Shown here: positions 1 through 9,575 of the stretch, piece after piece
Layout: every line of letters starts with the position of its first letter
How positions within the stretch are numbered: the stretch's first letter is position 1
NCBI GenBank assembly: GCA_021813945.1
Contig: JAKAJD010000002.1
Location: 97,343-161,342 of the forward strand
Direction of reading: 5' to 3'
Length of the DNA: 64,000 nt
Source of the DNA: a bacterium
Lineage (GTDB): Bacteria; Patescibacteriota; Microgenomatia; Curtissbacterales; GWA2-41-24
Notes under the pieces: generated by a model
The model's database searches: none
Told to the model about the DNA's origin: nothing
The model's input: the letters and a program-made list of their open reading frames with translations, nothing else
Made by a program: the position numbers and the translations under genes

Positions 1-596
1 ACGCTTTTTACAAGCTGTTGAGTAATAGTCGATCCGCCCTGAATATTTCCTGCAAAAACCGTTTGGCCAAACGCTCTTGCGATTCCATAGATATCAAAGC
101 CCTTATGTTTGTAAAAATCTTTATCCTCAATTGAAATCGTAGCGTTTTTTAAGTTGGCGGGAATATCGGAAAGTTGGACCACTGTTCTGTTCTGGTCATG
201 ATAAATCTCATATAAAAGTTTTCCATTTTTATCCATGATTTTTGTTGTTTGCGGAACCTGCCTGTATTCAAGCTGTTTAGGACTTGGCAAGTCCTTTGTG
301 AAATACCAAGAGGCAAATATAAAAAGAAAAATTACAGCCAAACCAACCTTAAAGCTCCTATCTTCTTTTATGAGAGGATTTTTTATGAAATTCCTGAAAG
401 CTTTAATCGGTGCCGTTTTAACAAGATCAAGATTAAAATTCCGCAGGATAGAAAATAGACTTTTTACACCTTGTTTTAGAACCCATATTGTGACATCGCC
501 AATAAAGGCGACAAGTCTGATAAACCAGGTCAATCCACCCAAAACACTAGAAACAATTTTGAATATTGGTTTATGAAGTAATTTTTCTTCGGACAT
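1..596 (-). CDS. class A penicillin-binding protein (PBP1A-like), N-terminal part with GT51 transglycosylase domain; gene continues beyond the window start
   Basis: Absent from the ORF track because no stop codon lies in the window. Reverse-strand translation from ATG (complement of 594-596) gives MSEEKLLHKPIFKIVSSVLGGLTWFIRLVAFIGDV... (membrane anchor), then EDKDFYKHKGFD and GGSTITQQLVK, the canonical GT51 glycosyltransferase motifs of bifunctional PBPs. Confidence 0.75.
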   Translation of the reverse strand, partial: MSEEKLLHKPIFKIVSSVLGGLTWFIRLVAFIGDVTIWVLKQGVKSLFSILRNFNLDLVKTAPIKAFRNFIKNPLIKEDRSFKVGLAVIFLFIFASWYFTKDLPSPKQLEYRQVPQTTKIMDKNGKLLYEIYHDQNRTVVQLSDIPANLKNATISIEDKDFYKHKGFDIYGIARAFGQTVFAGNIQGGSTITQQLVKS

Positions 597-715
597 ATCA
601 GAAAATGGAAATAACGGGAAAAACAAATGTATTCTATCCTAAAAAAAACCTTTTTGACAGAGGGTCAAAGTAGCAAAAATTAGCTCCAAGCGGTATATTA
701 TACGAAAATAAAAAT

Positions 716-1195
716 ATGGCAGATGATGCTGAAAAACGAGGACCTATTGAAAAAGGGGAAAAGGGCTGGCCGATAAACCCGATTGGTGTCGTTGCACTTC
801 TCATCTTTGCCGTAATTATTGTCTTTTTTATTGCCCGACCGATTTTCCAGCAAAAAGTCGAAAATAACATTTCCCAACAAACTGCATCCAAAGGTGGGTC
901 AATAACATCTCCTCAAGCAGGCCAAATCGTAAAATCAGTAAATCTCTCGCTTCAAATTTCAATCGACGAACCGCAAAAAGTCCAAAAAGTCCAATATTGG
1001 GCCAAAACCTACGCAGATGGAAACTGGCAAATGATAGGGGAAACAAATTCAGCTCCTTACAATCTTGACTGGCAAATCCCCGATAATTTCAAAGATAAAG
1101 CAATTGCCCTAACAGCACACATTTACCAACAGGACGGCAATATCATCAAAGACCCCGGCGGCTGGCGCGAAGGCATAATAATCATTAGCCAATAG
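716..1195 (+). CDS. hypothetical bitopic membrane protein (N-terminal TM helix, small extracytoplasmic domain)
   Basis: 159-aa ORF with one hydrophobic helix (PIGVVALLIFAVIIVFFIA) and a W/Y-rich C-terminal domain. No family recognised. Confidence 0.5.
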   Translation: MADDAEKRGPIEKGEKGWPINPIGVVALLIFAVIIVFFIARPIFQQKVENNISQQTASKGGSITSPQAGQIVKSVNLSLQISIDEPQKVQKVQYWAKTYADGNWQMIGETNSAPYNLDWQIPDNFKDKAIALTAHIYQQDGNIIKDPGGWREGIIIISQ

Positions 1196-1208
1196 TTACA
1201 GCCTAAAT

Positions 1209-1601
1209 TCACTCTTTCTTTCCTAAATAACTCCACAAGGCAAATAGGATAACTGCCAATATTAAAAGCGACACGTTAAAAACTGTTATCAATCTCAGAA
1301 TCGCCAATATGGAAAGAAGTGCCAAAAAACCGGCGACAAAAAAAGCCATTTTAAAAGAAGTGTAAAAGTACCAATTTGCGCTATAACGCTTATAAATTCT
1401 TGTCCTTAAAAAATAAAAAATTAATCCCAAAAAACCTAAGGTAGTTAAAAAAATTAAAATTACCAAAAGCACAAAAATATACCAATGGGCGTTTTGCGGA
1501 TCAACTCGAATAATAATCCAAGAAAGCCCAAAAAGAGAGACGGTGCTTACCAAAAACACAAAAGGCAAAATTCTGTTCATAATCTTATGATACAATCCCA
1601 T
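1209..1601 (-). CDS. hypothetical small polytopic membrane protein (about 4 TM helices)
   Basis: 130-aa ORF with four strongly hydrophobic segments separated by R/K loops. Its start codon (1599-1601, or 1578-1580) lies within about 3-25 nt of the divergent rmuC start, so one of the two starts may be wrong. Confidence 0.4.
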   Translation of the reverse strand: MGLYHKIMNRILPFVFLVSTVSLFGLSWIIIRVDPQNAHWYIFVLLVILIFLTTLGFLGLIFYFLRTRIYKRYSANWYFYTSFKMAFFVAGFLALLSILAILRLITVFNVSLLILAVILFALWSYLGKKE

Positions 1602-1604
1602 CTG

Positions 1605-2597
1605 ATGGATGCCCAGACTTCATTATTGGCTGTCTCCGCTCTGGTTATCGTTGCTCTTGCTGTTATTTATCTTCAAATTAAAAAGTTAACAGATTCCAAA
1701 CAAAGTGACGAAACCACAAAACTTTTAACCCAGCTCGTTTCCGATATGCGCGGATCTATGGATAAAAATGTCAGCACCATGGCTTTGCAACAGCGAGCAA
1801 TAAATGAAAGGTTAGACAGAGCCGCCCAGGCAATTTCGTCTGTCTCCAAATCGGTCGGCGAAATGACGGAACTGGGAAGGTCAATGAAAGATCTTCAGGA
1901 ATTTTTGCGCTCTCCCAAAATGCGTGGCCAAATAGGTGAGGCAGTTCTCAAGGATTTACTGAGTCAAGCTTTGCCAAAGCAACACTTTCATCTTCAATAC
2001 GCCTTCAAAGGTGGCGAAATTGTCGATGCTGCTCTTCAACTTGAACAAGGCATAATCCCGATCGATGCCAAATTCCCCATGGAAAATTTTAGAAAGATGC
2101 AAAAAGCTAAAGACGAAAAAGAAACCGAAATCTTTCGCAAACTTTTTACAGGCGATGTCAAAAAGCATATCGACGCCATTGCTACAAAATACATCCGCCC
2201 TCAAGAAGGCACCCTCGACTTTGCACTTATGTATATTCCTTCGGAGCCCGTTTATTACGAAATGATTTCCAATTCCCCGGAACTGGACGATTACGCCTAC
2301 AGAAAACGCGTTCGACCGGTTTCTCCAAATACGATGTATGCTTATTTGCGGGCAATAATAATGTCTTTAGAAGGCCAAAAAATCGAAGCCCAAGCCGGCC
2401 AAATTTTGGCAGCCCTCCGGGAAATCGGCGCCGAAACCGAAAAATTTGGATCATCCTTATCTGTCCTCACCAAACACATCAAAAACGCTGCTGCATCCAG
2501 TGACGACGTAAACACAAGATTCAGCCGCCTTTCCACAAAAATCACAAACGTCCAGTCAATCGAAGCAAAAACCAGAAGAAAATTAAAAGAGAGTTAA
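1605..2597 (+). CDS. rmuC: DNA recombination protein RmuC family
   Basis: N-terminal TM helix and coiled coil, then the RmuC core: PKMRGQIGEAVLKDLL ... IDAKFPMENF ... LMYIPSEPVYYEMI ... RVRPVSPNTMYAYLRAI. The ORF-track start at 1485 would overlap the divergent gene; ATG at 1605 sits just before the TM helix. Confidence 0.8.
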   Translation: MDAQTSLLAVSALVIVALAVIYLQIKKLTDSKQSDETTKLLTQLVSDMRGSMDKNVSTMALQQRAINERLDRAAQAISSVSKSVGEMTELGRSMKDLQEFLRSPKMRGQIGEAVLKDLLSQALPKQHFHLQYAFKGGEIVDAALQLEQGIIPIDAKFPMENFRKMQKAKDEKETEIFRKLFTGDVKKHIDAIATKYIRPQEGTLDFALMYIPSEPVYYEMISNSPELDDYAYRKRVRPVSPNTMYAYLRAIIMSLEGQKIEAQAGQILAALREIGAETEKFGSSLSVLTKHIKNAAASSDDVNTRFSRLSTKITNVQSIEAKTRRKLKES

Positions 2598-5536
2598 TGT
2601 CGGATATCCTTAACGATTTAAATCCCCAGCAAAAAGAAGCAGTAACAACAACCGAAGGCCCGCTTCTTATAATCGCCGGCGCTGGAACCGGTAAAACGAC
2701 AGTTATAGCAAGACGTATCGCTTATATCATTGAAAAAAAACTCGCCAAACCGGCAGAAATTTTGGCGTTAACTTTTACGGATAAAGCCGCAGGTGAAATG
2801 GAAGAACGTGTCGACCAACTTCTTCCTTATGGTTTTACGGATACTTGGATTTCCACTTTTCATGCTTTTGGTGACCGAATTCTTCGCGACAATGCTTTTG
2901 ATTTGGGAATTTCTCCGGATTTTAAAGTACTTTCCAAGCCTCAACAAGTTTTGTTTTTCCAACAGAATATTTTCAAATTTAACCTAGACTATTACCGCCC
3001 TTTATCTAATCCAACAAAATTTATCGGCGCAATTCTTTCATTTTTCTCAAGACTTAAAGATGAAAATGTGACGCCGGACGAATTTGCTCAGAAAATCAAA
3101 AATCAAAAGTCAAAAGTTAAAACAGAAGAAGACAAAGAAGAACTCCAAAAACTCGAGGAGCTGGCAAACGCATACACAACTTATGAAAATTTAAAAACAA
3201 AAGCCGGATTTATGGATTTCGGTGACCAAGTCACCAAGACAATCGATCTTTTTATAAAACGCTCCAAGATTTTAAAAGAATATCAAAGCCACTTTAAATA
3301 TATTTTGGTCGATGAGTACCAGGACACCAATTTTGCCCAAAACGAACTGGTCAAACTTTTATCAAGCGCTCACAAGAATGTTTGTGTTGTCGGCGACGAC
3401 GACCAATCCATCTACAAATTCCGCGGTGCGGCAATTTCAAACATCATGAGGTTTAAGCGTGATTTTAAATCAGCCAAACAGGTGGTCTTAACACAAAACT
3501 ACAGATCAACCCAGGCAATTTTAGATTGCGCCTATCGGCTAATTCGCCACAATGACCCAGACCGGCTGGAGGTCCAAAACAAAATCAATAAAAAATTAAA
3601 ATCTCAAAAAAAGGAATATGGAACACTGCCTAAAGAAATTTATGCGGATACTTTATCTCAAGAAACCGATCTGGTTGCAGAAGAAATTGAAAAACTTACC
3701 AAAAAAGCATCAGCGAAAAAACTTTCTTACAAAGACATAGCCATTTTAGTCCGTGCCAATTCATCGGCCGATCCGTTTCTTCGCGCCCTCAACATGCGCG
3801 GAATTCCTCATAAGTTTGTCGGCTCATCCGGTCTTTATCAACAGGAAGAAGTCTCGACTCTTATTTCCTTTTTGACCGCAATTTCAAATTTCGAAGACAG
3901 CTTAAATCTTTACAATCTAATGGTTTCGGACATTTACGAAATGCCGCCGATTGATGCAATTAAGCTTACCTCCTACGCCAACCGAAAAAACAAATCGCTT
4001 TACTATCTTTTAAAAAATCTCGACAAAATTTCAAATGATGATATAGAACTTTCAGATGATTCTAAGTCAGTCGTAGATAAAGTCCTCGAAGATTTAGATT
4101 CTGCAATCGACCTTTCCAAAAAACAAAACGCCGGCCGGGTTCTTTTCGATTTTCTAAAGCGCACCAATTATCTCAAACGTCTGGAAAAAGAAAACACAAT
4201 TGAGGCGCAAATTAAAATCCAGAATATTGCCAAATTTTTCGACAAAGTACGCGAATTCACAGATATTGCATCAACAGAAACTGTCACCCAGTTCGTTAAT
4301 TATCTTGAAGCTTTGCGCGGTGCCGGTGACGATCCGGCAACAGTAGAATTCGATCCGGAAACAGATGCTGTCAACGTTATGACAGTCCACAGTGCCAAAG
4401 GTTTGGAATTCCCGGTCGTATTTTTGGTCAATCTAATTTCTGACAAATTTCCGTCGCGTTCTCGTCCGGAACCAATTGAAGTCCCCAAAGATTTAATTAA
4501 AGAAGATTTGCCGCAAGGGGACTGGCACATGGAAGAAGAACGCCGTCTTTTTTACGTCGGCACAACGCGTGCCAAAGATTTACTTTATTTTTCCTGGGCT
4601 CGCGACACAGGCAGTTTCAGAATTAAAAAAATCTCACCTTTTGTTTTGGAAGCTCTCGATAAAACCAAAGCCGAAGGCGAACTGGTTAAACTTTCTCCGC
4701 TGGAAAAAATCGCCCAGTTTGAACAAGCCGCACAAAAAACTCATATCCAAACATCTTTTTTGGATGTCGATGTATTAAAACTAACCCAGGGATCAATCGA
4801 CGACTATTTAACTTGTGCTTACAAATACCGTTATATCCATATCCTAAAGATCCCCATACTTCGCCATCATGCCATTGTCTATGGCTCAGCCCTTCATGCT
4901 GCTGTTGCAGAATTTTTGCGCGCCAAAAAACGCGGCAAAATAATTTCCCTTAATCAGCTTTTTGAAATTTTTGAAAATGCCTGGGACAGTGAGGGTTTTT
5001 TAACAGTTGAACACGAGGAAAAAAGAAAAGAACAGGGAAAACTGGCGCTGTCTTCTTTTTGGAAACGTGAATCCAAAACAAAAGATCTTCCTTCCCTCAT
5101 TGAATCAAAGTTTAAATTTTCACTTGAAGGTGTAACCATTGTCGGCCGCTACGACCGTGTAGATGTCAAACCAGGATCAAAAATTACAATAATCGACTAC
5201 AAATCTTCCGAAAACATCGATCATGAAAGGGCAAACAGCCAAGCAAAAGAATCAACTCAACTGGCAATTTATGCTCTTTCTTACTGGCGCATGTACCAAA
5301 TCCTTCCCGAAAAATTAACATTGCATTTTTTGGAAACGGGCATTGAAGGATCGTATATACCAACCCAAAAAGACATCGAAAAAACCGAAAAGCTAATTAC
5401 GGATACAGCCGAAAAAATTAACCGCGACATAAAATCCAACCACTTTTCTGCCAACCCCAAATATTTCGGCCGCGAACCGGCCTGTGTATATTGCGCATAC
5501 AAAACCATCTGTCCTTTTTCTCTTGCCAAAGGTTAG
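2597..5536 (+). CDS. UvrD/PcrA-like superfamily 1 helicase fused to a C-terminal Cas4/AddB-like PD-(D/E)XK nuclease with a 4-Cys Fe-S cluster
   Basis: Walker A AGAGTGKTT. UvrD motifs: YILVDEYQDTN, VVGDDDQSIYKFRGA, QNYRST, TVHSAKGLEFPVVF, LFYVGTTRAKD. C-terminal domain has GRYDRVD, IIDYKSS, QLAIYAL and the Cys pattern C...CxxCxxxxxC (CVYCAYKTIC). Start overlaps the rmuC stop (TAATG). Confidence 0.85.
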   Translation: MSDILNDLNPQQKEAVTTTEGPLLIIAGAGTGKTTVIARRIAYIIEKKLAKPAEILALTFTDKAAGEMEERVDQLLPYGFTDTWISTFHAFGDRILRDNAFDLGISPDFKVLSKPQQVLFFQQNIFKFNLDYYRPLSNPTKFIGAILSFFSRLKDENVTPDEFAQKIKNQKSKVKTEEDKEELQKLEELANAYTTYENLKTKAGFMDFGDQVTKTIDLFIKRSKILKEYQSHFKYILVDEYQDTNFAQNELVKLLSSAHKNVCVVGDDDQSIYKFRGAAISNIMRFKRDFKSAKQVVLTQNYRSTQAILDCAYRLIRHNDPDRLEVQNKINKKLKSQKKEYGTLPKEIYADTLSQETDLVAEEIEKLTKKASAKKLSYKDIAILVRANSSADPFLRALNMRGIPHKFVGSSGLYQQEEVSTLISFLTAISNFEDSLNLYNLMVSDIYEMPPIDAIKLTSYANRKNKSLYYLLKNLDKISNDDIELSDDSKSVVDKVLEDLDSAIDLSKKQNAGRVLFDFLKRTNYLKRLEKENTIEAQIKIQNIAKFFDKVREFTDIASTETVTQFVNYLEALRGAGDDPATVEFDPETDAVNVMTVHSAKGLEFPVVFLVNLISDKFPSRSRPEPIEVPKDLIKEDLPQGDWHMEEERRLFYVGTTRAKDLLYFSWARDTGSFRIKKISPFVLEALDKTKAEGELVKLSPLEKIAQFEQAAQKTHIQTSFLDVDVLKLTQGSIDDYLTCAYKYRYIHILKIPILRHHAIVYGSALHAAVAEFLRAKKRGKIISLNQLFEIFENAWDSEGFLTVEHEEKRKEQGKLALSSFWKRESKTKDLPSLIESKFKFSLEGVTIVGRYDRVDVKPGSKITIIDYKSSENIDHERANSQAKESTQLAIYALSYWRMYQILPEKLTLHFLETGIEGSYIPTQKDIEKTEKLITDTAEKINRDIKSNHFSANPKYFGREPACVYCAYKTICPFSLAKG

Positions 5537-5548
5537 AATGATCAAGTA

Positions 5549-6082
5549 ATGACTTTTGTTGCTCTGATCATACTTTTTATCGTCATTTCATTATTAATAT
5601 TTATGATTGCATCCTTCGCCCTTTTTTCTGTTGGCTTATTTTTTGAATTACCCTATGTTGCTACTGATGCCGAAAAAGTTAAAACTATCATTAAACTTTC
5701 TAACATTAAAAAAGGGGAGAGGATTGTAGATTTAGGATCCGGCGACGGCCGGCTTTTGTATGCAGCAGCCCAAAAAGGTGCTTATGCAATTGGTTACGAA
5801 CTCAATCCGCTGCTTGTAATAATCACAATGATACATGCAAATCTGAAAAATTTATCAAATAATGTCCTTGTTAAAAAACAAAGTCTTTGGGAAGCGGATT
5901 TAAAAACAGCCGACGTTGTTTTTGTCTACGGCAGAAAACATACGATGAAAAGATTCGAAGATTTTATTTATAAAAATTGCAAAAAGGGTACAAGAGTTAC
6001 AGTCAACAGCGACAAAACCATAACCTTTCCAAATAAAAAACCAATATCAAAAGAAAACGGAATTTATCTTTACAAAGTTTAA
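5549..6082 (+). CDS. membrane-anchored class I SAM-dependent methyltransferase-like protein
   Basis: N-terminal TM segment, then a glycine-rich SAM-binding motif I (RIVDLGSGDGRLL) and an acidic motif II region (AIGYELNP). Confidence 0.55.
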   Translation: MTFVALIILFIVISLLIFMIASFALFSVGLFFELPYVATDAEKVKTIIKLSNIKKGERIVDLGSGDGRLLYAAAQKGAYAIGYELNPLLVIITMIHANLKNLSNNVLVKKQSLWEADLKTADVVFVYGRKHTMKRFEDFIYKNCKKGTRVTVNSDKTITFPNKKPISKENGIYLYKV

Positions 6083-6085
6083 AAT

Positions 6086-6697
6086 TTATTGAATGCCTTG
6101 ATAACTGTTTTGCATAAGTGGAGCAATATTGGCGTATGCGGATTTATAAACAAAATAAAATAAATATGTAATTGCTGCCATTTGTAAAATCACAATAGCA
6201 ATCATAAAAACTTTTGCAAAACTACTTAAAAATTCAGTCTTTTCAACTTTACGCCTAAAATAATATCCACCGACAAGCCCAACTAACCCCAGAATTATTG
6301 TTAGCCCAACTAATAAATTAAGAGCTGATTGAGAGACTCCAGTCTGCGAGGTGACCCCTAATTTTGCCAGTTGACTAGGCACACTTACAGAGGAAAGAGA
6401 AGTAATTGCAGAAAATAAAACCAGCAGCGAAAAAGCGATTGTAATAGCCGGCAAAACTTGGGATAAAACTTGTTTTTTGCTGGCTTTATAAAATGCCCAA
6501 ATTGTTGTAAATGGGGGAAACACTAAACTTAAAACAACATAACTCCAAACACGGACCTTAACGTTTTGCTGAGTTTGGGCAATCATTGTGTCCAGTGCAT
6601 CCACTGTTTGCGGTTCTTGGGTCAAAGTCGATTGTGGTTGTTGGGTTTGCAGCGGTAAAAGTTGTTCACCTGGTTGATTCAAGTTAGTATTTCCCAT
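6086..6697 (-). CDS. hypothetical polytopic membrane protein with Q-rich N-terminus
   Basis: 203 aa with about 4 predicted TM helices. Last gene of the minus-strand FemAB-linked operon, 9 nt after the 846-aa ORF. Confidence 0.5.
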   Translation of the reverse strand: MGNTNLNQPGEQLLPLQTQQPQSTLTQEPQTVDALDTMIAQTQQNVKVRVWSYVVLSLVFPPFTTIWAFYKASKKQVLSQVLPAITIAFSLLVLFSAITSLSSVSVPSQLAKLGVTSQTGVSQSALNLLVGLTIILGLVGLVGGYYFRRKVEKTEFLSSFAKVFMIAIVILQMAAITYLFYFVYKSAYANIAPLMQNSYQGIQ

Positions 6698-6706
6698 TAG
6701 TCTGTC

Positions 6707-9247
6707 TTAAGCGGCCTTAGCTGGGCTTGAGCTCGCGCGGGAATTTTGCACTTTTGCTATAAACGTACCCTCTGGAGAAATAGTCAATCCCAACAATCTT
6801 AAATTTGGATTAGTACGTTGAAGCTGGTCGTTAATATCATCACCAATAAAACTGTTTATATTATTTAGTTGAGATTCTACATCACCCAAACGACTTCTAA
6901 TCATGTTGCTCTCTGTATTAAAACTCTGACCTGTCACCCTTAAACCAGAACCATCAGCTTTGTTTGCAATCCCCAACCTAAAATCAAGCTTCCCTTTTAT
7001 AAACCCAAACCCTGCTTTTATCTCTCCAGACAATGTTACTGTCTGACCCTGAAATCGGATATCTAATTGAGTTATCGACGCCATAGGTAATTCCTTAGTC
7101 ATTAAATATTTTCGTACATCAGCATCGGTTATTGTAACAGAAGAAACAGGTTCACCATTTCTACCTCCTTCGGCAATTTTTTCAACTAAAGTTCTAGGTT
7201 CTCTCTTAACTTCTCGAACCTCAACTGCTTTTGCCTTTCTTCCTTTTAATTCATAGACGACTTTGTCACCAAATCTTATTGGCGTGATTGTAGATTGTTT
7301 GAACTTAAGTAGACTATCAACTTGAACCAAAACAGAGGCATCCATTTTCCCCTGTTGAACATTAGACTCCACATACCCTCTAATCATTTGCTGCATTCTA
7401 CTAAGTGTAGCCCCATCTGTCCTGAAAGGTTTAACAAACTTTTTCCATTCGCCCTTTCTGTCTAAAAGTGAATTAGTAGTGGCTTCAGTAATCGAACTTT
7501 GACTAACACCTGCATTAGGCTCCTCTGGTACAACCTTCAAAATATCCCAAGATTGCTTAGTCAAAACTTCCTTTATAACACCTGATGTATCAATGCTTGT
7601 CGTTGTCATCTCGACTTCTCGTCGTTCACCGTGCTTTCTTTGTTTATCATCGTCGTAGACAATCAAATTACCTTCAGTTCTTACCTGACCTTTTTGTTTC
7701 CAAGTTTCCGATCCCTGAAGAAAGGAAACGTACAATTTAGGGTTTTCTTTACTCTTTCCCCTCCCTCTGTCGTTTGCTAACGCTCTTTTTATCTTGTCCG
7801 GGGCTTTGTGCGAATCAATCAAACCTTTTGCAGTGTCTAGCATTTCCTGAGGCATTTTACCTTCTTGAACCTGCTTTTCTATATATTCAATTGCTTGCGA
7901 CTGCATGTGAATTAATGTTTCGCGATCGACATTTACCCTACCCCAGACAACACCAACCGTGGTTTCTCCAACTAGCTCGGGTGCTCGTCCACCAATTCCA
8001 TAGAATGAGTCAACACCAGGTATGTATTTTTTTCCATTTAAAGCTTTCGCCCCGTATGCATCAGCTTCGAAAGTATGACCACCCTTACCGACCGATTCGG
8101 GATTGGTTTCAAGAAGTTCCCACATAAATGGGGTTGGCACTTTTTCCATGCCACTAGATTCCATAACGGCTGGGTCCCAAGATTCACTATCTGTTACGTC
8201 AACGGCCAGCTCTATGCCTCGCTCAAAATTATTGGCTTCTTCAACAACAATCCTATAGCGCCCCCAGCTATTTGTGTCCCGATCATAATGCGACTGCGTA
8301 TATATACCCATCCATGTAGTATCCCTATTGAACGCTCCATGAGTCTCCCTTGCTGGAGTAAAAGATAAATTATCTCCATTTAAGATTATTTGTCCCGACT
8401 TACCTCTCCATTTGTCTTTTTTGTAGTACACGTGGTCACCTGCCTCCGAATAAGTATCCCTAAAGGTTTTTGCTTTTTCTCCTTCTGAACCTTCTGGCTC
8501 AACTGGCTGCCCAACTTCATCAGAAGATAATGATTTATCGTTTGCTTCCCGCCTCACGCTATCCGCTAAAGCTTCGTTACTCTCCGCTTGGATTTGCTGT
8601 CTATTTTCAGCCTGCTCGGCAGCTTGTGCCTCCCGTAAACTAGCGGCTCTGGTTTGCTCATCACGAAATCTTTCTAACGCTTCTCTAATGTATTTGTGAT
8701 TGCCTGAATATGCTTCAGCTTTTTTAGGATTTTCGCGCACGAACTGGTCCCATTCACGCCTGTTTTGCGCTTCATACTCTTGATGCCAAACTTGTTGATA
8801 ATTTTGCGACGCCCTTTCCCTAGCTTCCATTACTCCTGGTTCTAGATTTGTTCTGGTAGCCACTCTGACTTCAATCTTTCTGACTTGAGGATCCATATAT
8901 GACTCTTGGTAAATTTTCCTGGATTCATCCCTACCTTGAGCAGGTTTTTCATCCTCTGTTCTTCCTATACCTGTTTTTTTGAGATTTCTATTCCCGAATT
9001 TTGCCTCTTTATACTGGGCCATAGTCTCAAAGCGCCTATATGTTCTCTTTCTGCCAGCCTGCGCTAAATTAACCATTCGGGCTCGACTATTTCCTTCGTC
9101 GCCTTTATTACCTAAAGCGTTCATTGCACCCAAGGGCCCCAAATTATCAGCAGCTTTCGGTTTGTGCTCGGACTTAGGCTTACCTCCGGAAGATTCAAGA
9201 CGAATATCTCCTCTGCTAATCTCTCCACTAGCCGGTCCTTTAGCCAT
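6707..9247 (-). CDS. large hypothetical protein (846 aa), no recognisable family; cysteine-free; highly charged N-terminal third
   Basis: Long uninterrupted ORF on the minus strand. Its start overlaps the stop of the upstream 103-aa ORF by 8 nt. No TM helix, no signal peptide, no Cys. R/E/K/Q-rich low-complexity N-terminal region of about 260 aa, then a W/Y/G-rich globular region (e.g. GKKYIPGVDSFYGIGGRAPELVGETTVGVVWGRVNVD). Confidence 0.6.
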   Translation of the reverse strand: MAKGPASGEISRGDIRLESSGGKPKSEHKPKAADNLGPLGAMNALGNKGDEGNSRARMVNLAQAGRKRTYRRFETMAQYKEAKFGNRNLKKTGIGRTEDEKPAQGRDESRKIYQESYMDPQVRKIEVRVATRTNLEPGVMEARERASQNYQQVWHQEYEAQNRREWDQFVRENPKKAEAYSGNHKYIREALERFRDEQTRAASLREAQAAEQAENRQQIQAESNEALADSVRREANDKSLSSDEVGQPVEPEGSEGEKAKTFRDTYSEAGDHVYYKKDKWRGKSGQIILNGDNLSFTPARETHGAFNRDTTWMGIYTQSHYDRDTNSWGRYRIVVEEANNFERGIELAVDVTDSESWDPAVMESSGMEKVPTPFMWELLETNPESVGKGGHTFEADAYGAKALNGKKYIPGVDSFYGIGGRAPELVGETTVGVVWGRVNVDRETLIHMQSQAIEYIEKQVQEGKMPQEMLDTAKGLIDSHKAPDKIKRALANDRGRGKSKENPKLYVSFLQGSETWKQKGQVRTEGNLIVYDDDKQRKHGERREVEMTTTSIDTSGVIKEVLTKQSWDILKVVPEEPNAGVSQSSITEATTNSLLDRKGEWKKFVKPFRTDGATLSRMQQMIRGYVESNVQQGKMDASVLVQVDSLLKFKQSTITPIRFGDKVVYELKGRKAKAVEVREVKREPRTLVEKIAEGGRNGEPVSSVTITDADVRKYLMTKELPMASITQLDIRFQGQTVTLSGEIKAGFGFIKGKLDFRLGIANKADGSGLRVTGQSFNTESNMIRSRLGDVESQLNNINSFIGDDINDQLQRTNPNLRLLGLTISPEGTFIAKVQNSRASSSPAKAA

Positions 9248-9551
9248 TTTTAATCATCCCCTCTAAAGAAGCACGCAGCTTTCCAATCATTTCAACCTTA
9301 TGTTTTTCATCTTGTTCAGAAAGTATCTGAAACACTACACCGGAAAGCTCCGATGCTTTGTCATCAAGCTGTGGAATTACCCTTAAAAGTTCATCATGAG
9401 TGATATTTTCCGGGACCATTTCCAATACCAGTTCAGCAACTTCAGCGGCTCGATCTCCTGTTATTTCACCATTTGTAAGCTGCTTGTGGAGGTCATCTAC
9501 AATCAAGGCTTCTAGTTTTTTGCGAAGAGTTAAAGCGTCCTCGTTTTGCAT
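9240..9551 (-). CDS. small acidic helical hypothetical protein (103 aa)
   Basis: ORF sits between the FemAB-like gene and the 846-aa ORF on the same strand, overlapping the latter by 8 nt. Predicted soluble, acidic. Confidence 0.5.
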   Translation of the reverse strand: MQNEDALTLRKKLEALIVDDLHKQLTNGEITGDRAAEVAELVLEMVPENITHDELLRVIPQLDDKASELSGVVFQILSEQDEKHKVEMIGKLRASLEGMIKNG

Positions 9552-9575
9552 CCTCTAAATTCAATTGTAAACTAT

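Noticed and set aside
634..1046. Minus-strand ORFs 634-891, 698-880, 828-1046 in or near the PBP/716-ORF divergent region
   Set aside because: Overlap the better-supported plus-strand 716-1195 gene and the divergent promoter region. No homology or start signals.
1485..1604. ORF-track N-terminal extension of rmuC (start 1485)
   Set aside because: Would overlap the divergent membrane-protein ORF by more than 100 nt. Encodes a basic low-complexity segment. ATG 1605 directly precedes the RmuC TM helix.
7774..8368. Plus-strand ORFs (117 and 97 aa) inside the 846-aa minus-strand gene; similar short antisense or alternate-frame ORFs inside rpoB, rpoC, pnp, ftsK, lepA etc.
   Set aside because: Fully embedded in longer, better-supported genes on the other strand or frame. 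No start-signal support. Odd compositions.
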